Shown here piece by piece: positions 1-7,401 of a DNA stretch of 13,033 nucleotides. The stretch covers positions 1 through 13,033 of the forward strand of contig JAWOEX010000016.1 of NCBI GenBank assembly GCA_046482545.1. Direction: 5' to 3'. Source of the DNA: Candidatus Thorarchaeota archaeon. GTDB lineage: Archaea; Asgardarchaeota; Thorarchaeia; Thorarchaeales; Thorarchaeaceae. The notes under the pieces were generated by a model. The model worked only from the letters and a program-made list of their open reading frames with translations, was not told the origin of the DNA and searched no databases. The number at the start of each line of letters is the position of its first letter. Positions within the stretch are counted from its first letter, which is position 1. The translations under genes and the position numbers were made by a program.

Positions 1-249
1 TGCCCTCTGTGTGATTGGCATCAGATGTCAGTCTCCACTCAGATGAATACAACTGGAGAACACAACCCAGCGAAAGCACTCGCTCTAACCGCATCTTCCT
101 ATTGTAGTGGAAGAAACCTGACATTTGACTCCCGTTCCTACTATCCTGACATGAGAAAGAGCGGCACTATTTGAGACTTGCTCTCAGAATCAACCACGAA
201 TAGGCACAACTAGGAAAACAGAACAAAGCTGTCTGTAAAGAACAACAAG

Positions 250-424
250 ACGGTACGTCAGCTCTTCTCAAAAACAACTCTACTGAAAATAAAATAGATG
301 CTGAGGATGGAGGTACTGCTTTTCTGAGGTCTGACCCAAATCTTGACAACTCTAGGTGTTGCACGAGCTACATTTTCGGTCCGCTCACCTCGGACATTAG
401 TAACGGTGAGCTGAACACCTCGCC
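250..424. repeat. Dispersed non-coding repeat, copy 1 (full length)
   Basis: ACGG-N8-CTCTTCT, A-rich linker, ATGCTGAGGAT (298-308), TCTTGACAACTCTAGGTGTTGCACGAG, GGTGAGCTGAACACCTCGCC. Nearly identical to copies 3, 5 and 6 by direct comparison. Confidence 0.95.
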
Positions 425-542
425 AGTATAGGTCTAGCTGTGGAACTATTCTCCCATTTCTATGGATGTTGGCAAGTAGTGCAACTGCCGTTACTGCATC
501 TCCAAGTATGAAAACGGATATATCTTGTAAGCATTGATTATT

Positions 543-1496
543 CTATACCAAAATATTCTGCATTGTTTCATTAAGCTCTGCATTAATAGCATCGTGGAAT
601 CTAGACATAGTCTCAATAAGCTCGTCTTGAATCTCAGGCCATTTATCTTCATCTTCAAGGCCCACACCTTCTCTTTTCCATCGAACAATACACGCGCGTC
701 TCCCCTCTTTGTGATCCCACTCCAGTGAAGAGCCGAATTTCTCCTCTATTTCTTTCTTGGACCCCCGAAGGCTGTCTAGTATTCTTCTATTATCCTCAGG
801 GCTCTTTGTGTCGATGTACAAATCAACGCTAACGTAATCATATGTCGCTGTATATTTGTAGGTAATGCCAGCCCACCCAGCGCTTTTCTGGATGTAGTCC
901 ATTTTACCTGGAGATATACCTCTGAATAAGTGATTAGGTGTCGATTCGCTTTTCTCAAGCAATTTCGTCCAGAACTTGTTTCTCAGCTTGTGATACCGTG
1001 CATTTCGCTCCTTGGCTCGACCTGATTCCTTTGTCTCTTCGCTCGGTGCAGAAATAGTGGTGAACAAAGGTGCTGGTGCTGAATCCCCTATCCGTACTAC
1101 CTGTACTTTTACCAGATAAAACGATACATCAACCGCTGATACTTCATTCAGCCAGGATATTGCCGTTACATGCTCAGGTCGCGGGTTCGTACAAATCCAT
1201 ATAGCCGTCTTCGCTTCCAAATTTGTCAAATATGTTAATAGTTGGCCAAGGTGTTTGTGATCACTATCGCTTAACTGACATTCAATAACAACGCGTTCTC
1301 CACTCTTATCTTCAATGAGAACATCAGCCGAAAAATCACCCGCCGGAAATTCTGTATCCGTCGGTACAAGAGGGATATCAAGTTCCAGAGATTCATTCAG
1401 AAGTTCTATATTGTCCCCAAGCCATCTGTTGAAATCTCGACGTTCATCTGGCCAGACCTCGCGAATAGGCACTGTTTCGAGTTTTTCTGTTTCCAA
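543..1496 (-). CDS. DUF4268-domain protein with N-terminal PD-(D/E)XK-like (NucS/EndoMS-like) nuclease domain
   Basis: 317 aa, TTG start preceded by GGTGG. Motifs WPDERRDFNRWL, FSADV, VVIECQL..SDHKHLGQLLTY and C-terminal FWTKLLE...IEEKFGSSLEW are typical of this family. Confidence 0.85.
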   Translation of the reverse strand: METEKLETVPIREVWPDERRDFNRWLGDNIELLNESLELDIPLVPTDTEFPAGDFSADVLIEDKSGERVVIECQLSDSDHKHLGQLLTYLTNLEAKTAIWICTNPRPEHVTAISWLNEVSAVDVSFYLVKVQVVRIGDSAPAPLFTTISAPSEETKESGRAKERNARYHKLRNKFWTKLLEKSESTPNHLFRGISPGKMDYIQKSAGWAGITYKYTATYDYVSVDLYIDTKSPEDNRRILDSLRGSKKEIEEKFGSSLEWDHKEGRRACIVRWKREGVGLEDEDKWPEIQDELIETMSRFHDAINAELNETMQNILV

Positions 1497-1663
1497 CCAA
1501 TACCACCAACATACATCTACAGGCTGGCAATATCAATTTGCTGTGGATATATTGAGGGGTATCAATATCGGCGCACATCAATTATGAGAACTGTGGCCCA
1601 TAAGGCAAGTATTGCTCATAGATTATTTCTCCAAGAAGCTGGCTTGTTTCCAAGAAGGGTGAC

Positions 1664-1775
1664 ACGGAAAATTAGCTCTTCTTGCTTTGAAACTGCATTC
1701 CTAAAATAAAATAAAATAGATGCTGAGGATGGAACCACGTGGTTTTTGGAGAGTCCTACTCAGTCTTACCAAACT
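1664..1775. repeat. Dispersed repeat, copy 2 (diverged, right part missing)
   Basis: ACGG-N8-CTCTTCT at 1664-1682, then AAAATAAAATAGATGCTGAGGATGGA identical to copy 1. Similarity decays around 1775, so the right boundary is approximate. Confidence 0.8.
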
Positions 1776-1810
1776 ACTGCCAGTCTAGCGTTGTCCTTGC
1801 TTATGTTTCT

Positions 1811-2221
1811 TCAAAAGGTCAAAGGAAGACGATAGTCTCTCTTTCGACCTATCAGATCTCCTATGGCTGCGCCTATGATAGGTGGAGCAACCATTAGCAT
1901 CAAGCCAAAGCGACTGTTTGGAGGCGAGATTCCTGTAACTCCGATAATGAATGCACCTCCGAAAAGGACCAAGAGGAAAGCGCCGCAAGCCCCGAGGGTC
2001 ACGTATACTGCTCTGTTCACCCCTTTGTGTGGATGTAGACGGATGTAGTATGCAAAATAAATCATGATAAGACCCAGGGCCAATGCACCAGCAGCAGTTT
2101 GGAGAGGAATTTGCAGGAACAAATAGCCGAGAACTGCGAAAGCAACAGCAACAAGTGGGATAGCTATCCAGAGCGGCTTCCACCACCATGGGTTTGAATC
2201 TTCGACTTCCCTGTTAGGCAT
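1811..2221 (-). CDS. Hypothetical membrane protein (about 4 TM helices)
   Basis: 136 aa ORF with four hydrophobic stretches, ATG start, TTTAAAT box about 32 nt upstream. Confidence 0.8.
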   Translation of the reverse strand: MPNREVEDSNPWWWKPLWIAIPLVAVAFAVLGYLFLQIPLQTAAGALALGLIMIYFAYYIRLHPHKGVNRAVYVTLGACGAFLLVLFGGAFIIGVTGISPPNSRFGLMLMVAPPIIGAAIGDLIGRKRDYRLPLTF

Positions 2222-2252
2222 ATAAAATCAGTATTGTAATTCTCATATTTCC

Positions 2253-2259
2253 ATTTAAA
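2253..2259 (-). promoter_or_regulatory. Putative archaeal TATA box for the 136 aa gene
   Basis: TTTAAAT on the minus strand, about 32 nt upstream of the ATG at 2221. Confidence 0.4.
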
Positions 2260-2354
2260 CAAATTGCTAAAAAGAACGCCATGATTCTATCGTGAGCCAA
2301 TTAGGCGTAGATGCCGAAGGATCGTCGAATCTGCAAGCGAGAAATAACTGGAAC

Positions 2355-2520
2355 GCGGAGTAACATCTCTCCTCTCAACAACAACTCTACTGAAATAAAA
2401 TAGATGCTGAGGATGGAGGTACTGCTTTTCTGAGGTTCCGCTCAAATCTTGACAACTCTAGGTGTTGCACGAGCTACATTTTCGGTCTGCTCGCCTCGGA
2501 CATTAGTAGCGGTGAGCTGA
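2355..2520. repeat. Dispersed repeat, copy 3 (lacks last ~10 bp)
   Basis: GCGG-N8-CTC start, core at 2404-2414, matches copy 1 through GGTGAGCTGA, then diverges. Confidence 0.95.
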
Positions 2521-2586
2521 CATTCCAATATTCGGTGCTTACACGATTTCACAGCGATTTTGTAACTTCATTTCACGAGCCTTGGC

Positions 2587-2739
2587 TTATTCAGGGAAAT
2601 ATCCCTTCGGAGGGTCGAGGGGATCGGATGTCCAGTGAGGCCCACCACCTTCAATCATTTCCCTTGGCATTTCCCAGAAATTCTCTGCGAAATGACGTAT
2701 CCATCTATCTCTCGATTCCACGGTTTTCGGTTTGATATT
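2587..2739 (-). pseudogene. Possible 3' gene remnant or 44-50 aa small ORF
   Basis: Stop-free frame NIKPKTVESRDRWIRHFAENFWEMPREMIEGGGPHWTSDPLDPPKGYFPE*, possible GTG at 2721. Translated by hand; no family recognised. Confidence 0.25.
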
Positions 2740-2833
2740 CTAATCAACGAACTCCGCTACGCGGTTTTGTCTATATTTTTGAGAAAGCAGAATCCTTAGA
2801 AAAAAACATATCATTTATTAAGATTAGTTGACA

Positions 2834-2841
2834 TTTATAAA
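2834..2841 (+). promoter_or_regulatory. Putative archaeal TATA box for the 225 aa gene
   Basis: TTTATAAA in an AT-rich tract 47 nt upstream of ATG 2889. Confidence 0.45.
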
Positions 2842-2888
2842 GTAATACCTGTTTATGAGATATTCGCGTGGAAATTCGCTAGCATAAT

Positions 2889-3566
2889 ATGGAGGAAAAT
2901 ATAGTGGAGAGAATAAGAATAAAGCGGCATAATCTCGAAATAATCATTATGGGATTTGTTCTCATATCTTTCATCATTGTTCCAGCTGACGCTGCTTTTT
3001 CAGGTACCGACACACCACCCTATCCTTATGGTGGAGTTGATTCGTACAAGGATTTTGCTGTACGTACTGCTGACTCTGATACTGGCATCTGTAAGATAAG
3101 ATGCGTGGATCTAGGATGGCCGGGATCCTATGCTGCAGGTACGAACGACAGAGCTTGGGTTGGATCCACTTATCTAACAACAGAAGAAGTTACGAATAAT
3201 TGGAAGATTGTAGCTCAGTGGGATTTGACTTACGAGTTGGAGAGTTGGTGGTGGAGCACAATAAGAATAGAAATCTGGTATACAGTTAGGAAAGGAAACG
3301 GCGACTGGGTATGGGGGTTTGAAGTCTGGTCAGATGAAGTAACTGGAGGTTTTGATTGGGTTACCAAAGGAAAATCGATTTCAAATAAAGAGATAGAGCA
3401 GGGGTTTGGCATAAACTTAGATAATGGCATTTACTATCACTTCTGTGTCGAGCTTAGAGTAGTAGTACCAGATGGAGGTGGTGCGTGCAAGGCCCATGAA
3501 AATAACAACGAGAATAATCCTGCCAAGTTAACTGTTGACGAAATCTCATGGTCATATTTGGTTTAA
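2889..3566 (+). CDS. Hypothetical secreted protein (signal peptide, Trp-rich, probably beta-rich)
   Basis: 225 aa. Basic n-region, hydrophobic IIIMGFVLISFIIVP, ADA/AA cleavage-like site, 4 Cys. Confidence 0.8.
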   Translation: MEENIVERIRIKRHNLEIIIMGFVLISFIIVPADAAFSGTDTPPYPYGGVDSYKDFAVRTADSDTGICKIRCVDLGWPGSYAAGTNDRAWVGSTYLTTEEVTNNWKIVAQWDLTYELESWWWSTIRIEIWYTVRKGNGDWVWGFEVWSDEVTGGFDWVTKGKSISNKEIEQGFGINLDNGIYYHFCVELRVVVPDGGGACKAHENNNENNPAKLTVDEISWSYLV

Positions 3567-3666
3567 TCCAGTAGGGCAAATCAATCTGAGCTATAATTCA
3601 ACGTCTGCTCTTTCGCCTTCTTACATTCGAAGTGTAGATTGATTGTATTACGGAGATTCGATAGTT

Positions 3667-3723
3667 TGAAATGCATAAGAAGAATGAAATGCATTTCACT
3701 AATAGTATGATGCACTATTAAAA
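3667..3723 (+). promoter_or_regulatory. Operator-like repeats plus TATA-like box upstream of the 163 aa gene
   Basis: TGAAATGCAT at 3667-3676 and 3685-3694, the second extending to the perfect palindrome TGAAATGCATTTCA (3685-3698). AATAGT/ACTATT inverted repeat at 3701-3719, TATTAAAA at 3716-3723. Confidence 0.4.
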
Positions 3724-3745
3724 CTAAACAAAGGGAGTAGTCAAG

Positions 3746-4237
3746 GTGCGACAAAGATATGGTTTTCTGACATCAACTTTGCCTGTTATTCTCGTAGCTA
3801 TACTCTTCTCCTTTCCATACATGTTTGAGATAAGGGGAGATTCAATCTACTCTGAATTGAGCTATTCCCTAATTGCGTATACATATACGATTGCAACTTG
3901 GGGTACTACCCTTTTGGAGCTGCCAGTTCCTTCATACGTCCTGTTCGGACATATTTATGACACAATCATGTATTTCGTCTTCATAGCTGCAGTTTCTGCA
4001 TATTACGATGGGAAAGTAACCCATAGAAACGTCAAGATTCTTGGTATTCTAACCATATTACCACGATTAATCCCCACTTTTGTCTATTCTTTCTTCGTAT
4101 TTGTCCTCTGGGGTGGACACCACCTTCATCTCAGCTTTCCATTGCCCTTTGTCACCATAATTGGAGTCATTGCTGTCAAACTAGTACCTTCGATTCCGGA
4201 AGAAGAGGACAAATGGTTAGAAGAGAAAGAAAAGTAG
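3746..4237 (+). CDS. Hypothetical membrane protein (4-5 TM helices)
   Basis: 163 aa, GTG start after GGGAG, several hydrophobic segments, charged C-terminal tail (EEEDKWLEEKEK). Confidence 0.8.
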   Translation: MRQRYGFLTSTLPVILVAILFSFPYMFEIRGDSIYSELSYSLIAYTYTIATWGTTLLELPVPSYVLFGHIYDTIMYFVFIAAVSAYYDGKVTHRNVKILGILTILPRLIPTFVYSFFVFVLWGGHHLHLSFPLPFVTIIGVIAVKLVPSIPEEEDKWLEEKEK

Positions 4238-4311
4238 AGTATCAATATAGTACCCAGCTTTGAATGGCAGACCATTCTAAGACATAGAAACCTTTTCGCT
4301 GTGAAACATGG

Positions 4312-4440
4312 TCAAAGTTCTTCAAACAAGGCCGCATTAACATCACGGGCTGAGCGTGCTACCTGCTGAAGATCAATACCGCTTCCCGTCATGTCTGTTC
4401 CTGCGATATAGAGTCCTTCAACTGGCGGCGACATTTCCAT
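4312..4440 (-). pseudogene. C-terminal remnant of an FAD-dependent oxidoreductase (phytoene desaturase/amine oxidase-like)
   Basis: Hand translation MEMSPPVEGLYIAGTDMTGSGIDLQQVARSARDVNAALFEEL* resembles the C-terminal PVxGLYxAG...G+helix motif of this family. An in-frame stop lies 13 codons upstream. Confidence 0.6.
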
Positions 4441-4630
4441 GGAAATTGCAATAAAATTTGGATATACTAGGTTGTATTAGTATATAAGGAATGCGAGCCA
4501 TCTAACTGCGTGGGGGTTAGGAAAATGCTTTCACAGAGGCTCTATACGCCATAGTCTTTGAGTCAGTAGTCATGTTGTGCTTTTCCTCTCCAAATCAAAT
4601 TTTCCCGTCACGCTATCAAATATCTCATAG

Positions 4631-5500
4631 TCAAGCCGGAACAAGGAAACCCATTTCGTTCACTCGGCAGTACGGATTTGCTCTGAGCAGCTCTTGCAAA
4701 GCATATTGGACACCGATTACCTCCTGAGGGTGCCCCATCCGTTTGAGAACATCAATCAGAAAGTGCCAGCCGCGAACAAAGGTAGGATTGATTTTCAACA
4801 CACGTGCCATGGTCGTTCTTGTTTGCTCTAGGTGTCCTGTTTTGAAGCAGAGCCTTGCATGCCGCCAAGCAACACGAAAGTCATCCGGAGCAAGCTGTAA
4901 CGCTTTTGCAGACAGTTCGAGTCCTTTTCGTGCGTGACCTTGATTGTACAAGACTATCCCCAGCATGGACCACGCTCTAGCATTTTCGGGCATAGCTTCG
5001 ATTATTATCCGCAGGTTCTCTTCTGCAGCTTCGAACTTGTGACGATCATTGAGCATGTCAACAAAGTGATATCGTAATGCGTGGTTGTCTGGGTCTAGTT
5101 CCAAGGCCTTACGAAACGCGTCTTCTGCTTCATTCGTTTCGCGGTCCATGTACAGCATACCTAGGGAAGCCCAGACTTTCGGATTGTTCGCGTCGAGGCT
5201 TAGGCATTTCTGAAGGGCTTCCTCAGCCTTTTCTTCTGCACCGTGAATCGAAAGGTGATTTCCCCATGCACCCCATGTCCAGGGGTACTCAGGGTTTATC
5301 TCAAAAGCACGGTCGAAACACTTCGCAGCCTTCTCGGGCCTTCCGGAAACCGAGTACGTTATGCCGAGATTTCCCCATGCTTCGATGTAGTTTGGATCAA
5401 GTTCAGTGGCTTCCTTGAAAACACGTTCGGCTTCGGTATGTTGTTCCTGCTTCAAGTAGTCCATACCCTCCCGAACAAGGGCTTGAGCTTCACCATTCAT
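4631..5500 (-). CDS. Tetratricopeptide repeat (TPR) protein
   Basis: 289 aa with about 7-8 repeats of about 34 aa (AWGNLGITY, KAAKCFDRAFEINPEY, VWASLGMLY, AFRKALELDPDN, AWSMLGIVL). Confidence 0.92.
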   Translation of the reverse strand: MNGEAQALVREGMDYLKQEQHTEAERVFKEATELDPNYIEAWGNLGITYSVSGRPEKAAKCFDRAFEINPEYPWTWGAWGNHLSIHGAEEKAEEALQKCLSLDANNPKVWASLGMLYMDRETNEAEDAFRKALELDPDNHALRYHFVDMLNDRHKFEAAEENLRIIIEAMPENARAWSMLGIVLYNQGHARKGLELSAKALQLAPDDFRVAWRHARLCFKTGHLEQTRTTMARVLKINPTFVRGWHFLIDVLKRMGHPQEVIGVQYALQELLRANPYCRVNEMGFLVPA

Positions 5501-5602
5501 GACCCTCTGTTTCTGAGGCTCTTATTATGCTCATATCTCAGACTGAACGAACAACCACAACAAGGAATCATTCGTTAAGCTGAAACTCTTGAAAACTTCA
5601 AG

Positions 5603-5745
5603 ACGAAAAAATGGCTCGTCCTGCAAAAACAAATCTACTGAAACAATGACAATACTGAAAGATGCTGAGGATAAAGACTCTGCTTCTCGAGGTTCCTGTC
5701 AAATCGTAGCAACTCTAGGTGTTGCACGAGCTATACGTTCGGTCC
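5603..5745. repeat. Dispersed repeat, copy 4 (diverged, right-truncated)
   Basis: ACGA-N8-CTC start, core at 5662-5672, CAACTCTAGGTGTTGCACGAGCTA conserved, ends at TTCGGTCC. Internal duplication of TACTGAAA (5636-5643, 5653-5660). Confidence 0.9.
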
Positions 5746-5847
5746 TGTAAGATTGCCAATTTTCTTTCCAAAGTTTGGGGGCCTTTTTTACCTCCAGTAG
5801 GACACAGCTTTCCAGCTACCCAACCAATCAGTGATACCTCGTGAAGC

Positions 5848-6123
5848 ATGGGGAGAGCCAAAGGTGGAAAGTCTATGAGTATTATTGGTCCGAGATTCCC
5901 TGCAGATCCAGAAACCATTGATATCATTCTCTCGCGGATACTGGGGGCAGCTCTATCTAATGCGTGTATCACCCATGACGACAAGGACTTCTTGTTCTTC
6001 GGTAAACATAGAGCTCAGGCCCAGGATTTCATAGAGCACGTGAGCGCCCTTGGGGTTGTTCAGTATAGTGAGGAGACAAGAGACGGGAGGAGAGGTTTCT
6101 GGCTACGTTTCCCGGGTGTCTAA
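5848..6123 (+). pseudogene. Degenerate LAGLIDADG-like endonuclease domain fragment
   Basis: 91 aa. LSRILGAALSNACI resembles a LAGLIDADG helix with DG replaced by NA, followed by a plausible strand-helix-strand pattern (FLFFGK..AQDFIEHVSALG..FWLRFP). Confidence 0.45.
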
Positions 6124-6188
6124 TTAATACTCCTTGAGCAGTTCTGTCGAATGAATGCATGTATTATGAAGATTCAGAGACTCGATAG

Positions 6189-6614
6189 CTAGGTTTTTGT
6201 CAATTTAAAATATAAACCTAAACAGGCGTAGCCGGCGCCGATTCCCAATAACACTACAACAGCACTCAAATCCACCATGTTATAGCCAAGGAAGTACCAA
6301 TTAGTAAACAGAGATTTTCCCACGATTAGAACAAAAAGTACTGGCATGAATATGGCCAATATCATGAAACCGGCTAATCCAGGAGCATGCAATCCCTTGT
6401 CACCCAATCTAACTAGCAATTCAAAGCCAATTGATGCACATGCAAAAGACATCAGAATTATAATCATGAAAATTATTAGAATATCCAGCGGCTGAAGAGA
6501 CAGCCTAAGGTGACTCGAGCTGACGGCAACAACGGACATGAATACAAAGAAGAACCCGTAGATTGTTGTCAAGCTTTTCAGTATGTCACTATCATCGTTA
6601 AACAATAAACACAC
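6189..6614 (-). CDS. Hypothetical membrane protein (about 4 TM helices), start uncertain
   Basis: 141 aa strongly hydrophobic ORF with a weak GTG start; possibly 5'-truncated. Confidence 0.6.
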   Translation of the reverse strand: MCLLFNDDSDILKSLTTIYGFFFVFMSVVAVSSSHLRLSLQPLDILIIFMIIILMSFACASIGFELLVRLGDKGLHAPGLAGFMILAIFMPVLFVLIVGKSLFTNWYFLGYNMVDLSAVVVLLGIGAGYACLGLYFKLTKT

Positions 6615-6772
6615 CCCACGATATTGTCAGTTGGCTTAATGTCTCTCTTTAGCCTTCTAAAGGAAGATGTCCGTGAAGCCCTTGGACTTGAAAATGAAGG
6701 GTAAGCACATTCACACAAGATTTGCACAAAACATTGCGACAACCACCTATAACTTATATCTGTCTGTTGCCA

Positions 6773-6802
6773 TTTTATAGTGTAGTAACCAAGAAGAGGT
6801 GA
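6773..6802 (+). promoter_or_regulatory. TATA-like box and Shine-Dalgarno of the four-gene operon
   Basis: TTTTATAG at 6773-6780; GAGGTGA at 6796-6802, 9 nt before ATG 6812. Confidence 0.55.
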
Positions 6803-6811
6803 GGGAATGCT

Positions 6812-7399
6812 ATGACATCAGAAGAGAACGAAGATTGGCAACCACAATCCGGGCTTGATGTATTGCTGATGCTACTGTATGCTCCCGAGCATGGCGAGGA
6901 GAGTACTCCGGTAAAGGGAATAACTCGTCTTGACAAACTCGTTTTTCTATTGAGCAGATTCGATGAATTTGAGGGGTTGTTCAAGGACGATTATGATTTC
7001 GTACCCTACAACTTCGGTCCATTCGCAACTGAACTACTAGATGATTTAGAGGCCCTCAAGTCACAAAAAGTAATCAGTGCTACCAAAGAGAAATCAACAC
7101 GTGCATCCGAAACAAGGGATGCTGAAGCGATTGACGAGGAGACGGGCGAGTTAGACGACTCTGATGTAACATGGGATATGTACGACTACGAAGTATATAG
7201 ACTAACGGAGGCGGGACAAGATATTGCCAAGAGAATCTATTCTGCTGCCACAAAGGAACAGCGAGAGATAGTAAGAAGAATAAAAGAGAGATTCAATCAG
7301 AAATCACTAACAGGGCTTCTAAGGTATGTTTACAAGACATATCCGTACTATGCTAAAGAGTCAAACATCAGACCGAAGATACTAGGAAGGTCTGCATAA
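6812..7399 (+). CDS. Panacea/SocA (DUF4065)/YwgA-like winged-helix protein, putative antitoxin
   Basis: 195 aa. LLMLLYA, GITRLDKLVFLL, YDFVPYNFGPFATELLDDLEAL, YRLTEAG and LLRYVYKTYP match the KLxF/Y...GP signature of this superfamily. Confidence 0.75.
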   Translation: MTSEENEDWQPQSGLDVLLMLLYAPEHGEESTPVKGITRLDKLVFLLSRFDEFEGLFKDDYDFVPYNFGPFATELLDDLEALKSQKVISATKEKSTRASETRDAEAIDEETGELDDSDVTWDMYDYEVYRLTEAGQDIAKRIYSAATKEQREIVRRIKERFNQKSLTGLLRYVYKTYPYYAKESNIRPKILGRSA

Positions 7400-7401
7400 C
7401 A

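Noticed and set aside
2-124. Possible minus-strand gene start (MSGFFHYNRK...) running off the window
   Set aside because: Only 41 codons visible and no recognisable motif; cannot be supported without flanking sequence.
345-363. CAAC-N7-GTTG as a recombinase core
   Set aside because: The right arm is changed to GCAG in copies 5 and 6, which both retain the complete right end.
167-364. 65 aa ORF through repeat copy 1
   Set aside because: Other copies carry frame-breaking indels, so the repeat is non-coding.
368-391. Minus-strand GAGGTGA followed by ATG-TAG (start-stop mini-ORF)
   Set aside because: The SD and ATG are not jointly conserved in the other copies.
250-424. Canonical attC site
   Set aside because: No RYYYAAC...GTTRRRY terminal boxes. 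The best long-range stem runs GTT...AAC (wrong order), and that GTT is GCA in copies 5 and 6. A covariance search is still needed for formal exclusion.
250-424. tRNA, SRP RNA, group II intron end, HDV/hammerhead ribozyme or classical MITE
   Set aside because: I could not find a T-loop/cloverleaf, SRP helix-8 motif, domain V or catalytic cores, nor terminal inverted repeats or target-site duplications.
1733-1744. Perfect palindrome AACCACGTGGTT in copy 2
   Set aside because: Not conserved in the other five copies.
4743-5578. Plus-strand ORFs of 64, 113 and 111 aa (and similar shadow ORFs at 491, 534, 776, 1315, 1785, 1863, 2974, 3230, 5715, 6775, 7368, 8816, 9482, 9579, 10143, 10422, 10582, 11220, 12106)
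   Set aside because: They overlap longer, better-supported genes antisense or out of frame and lack protein-like features.
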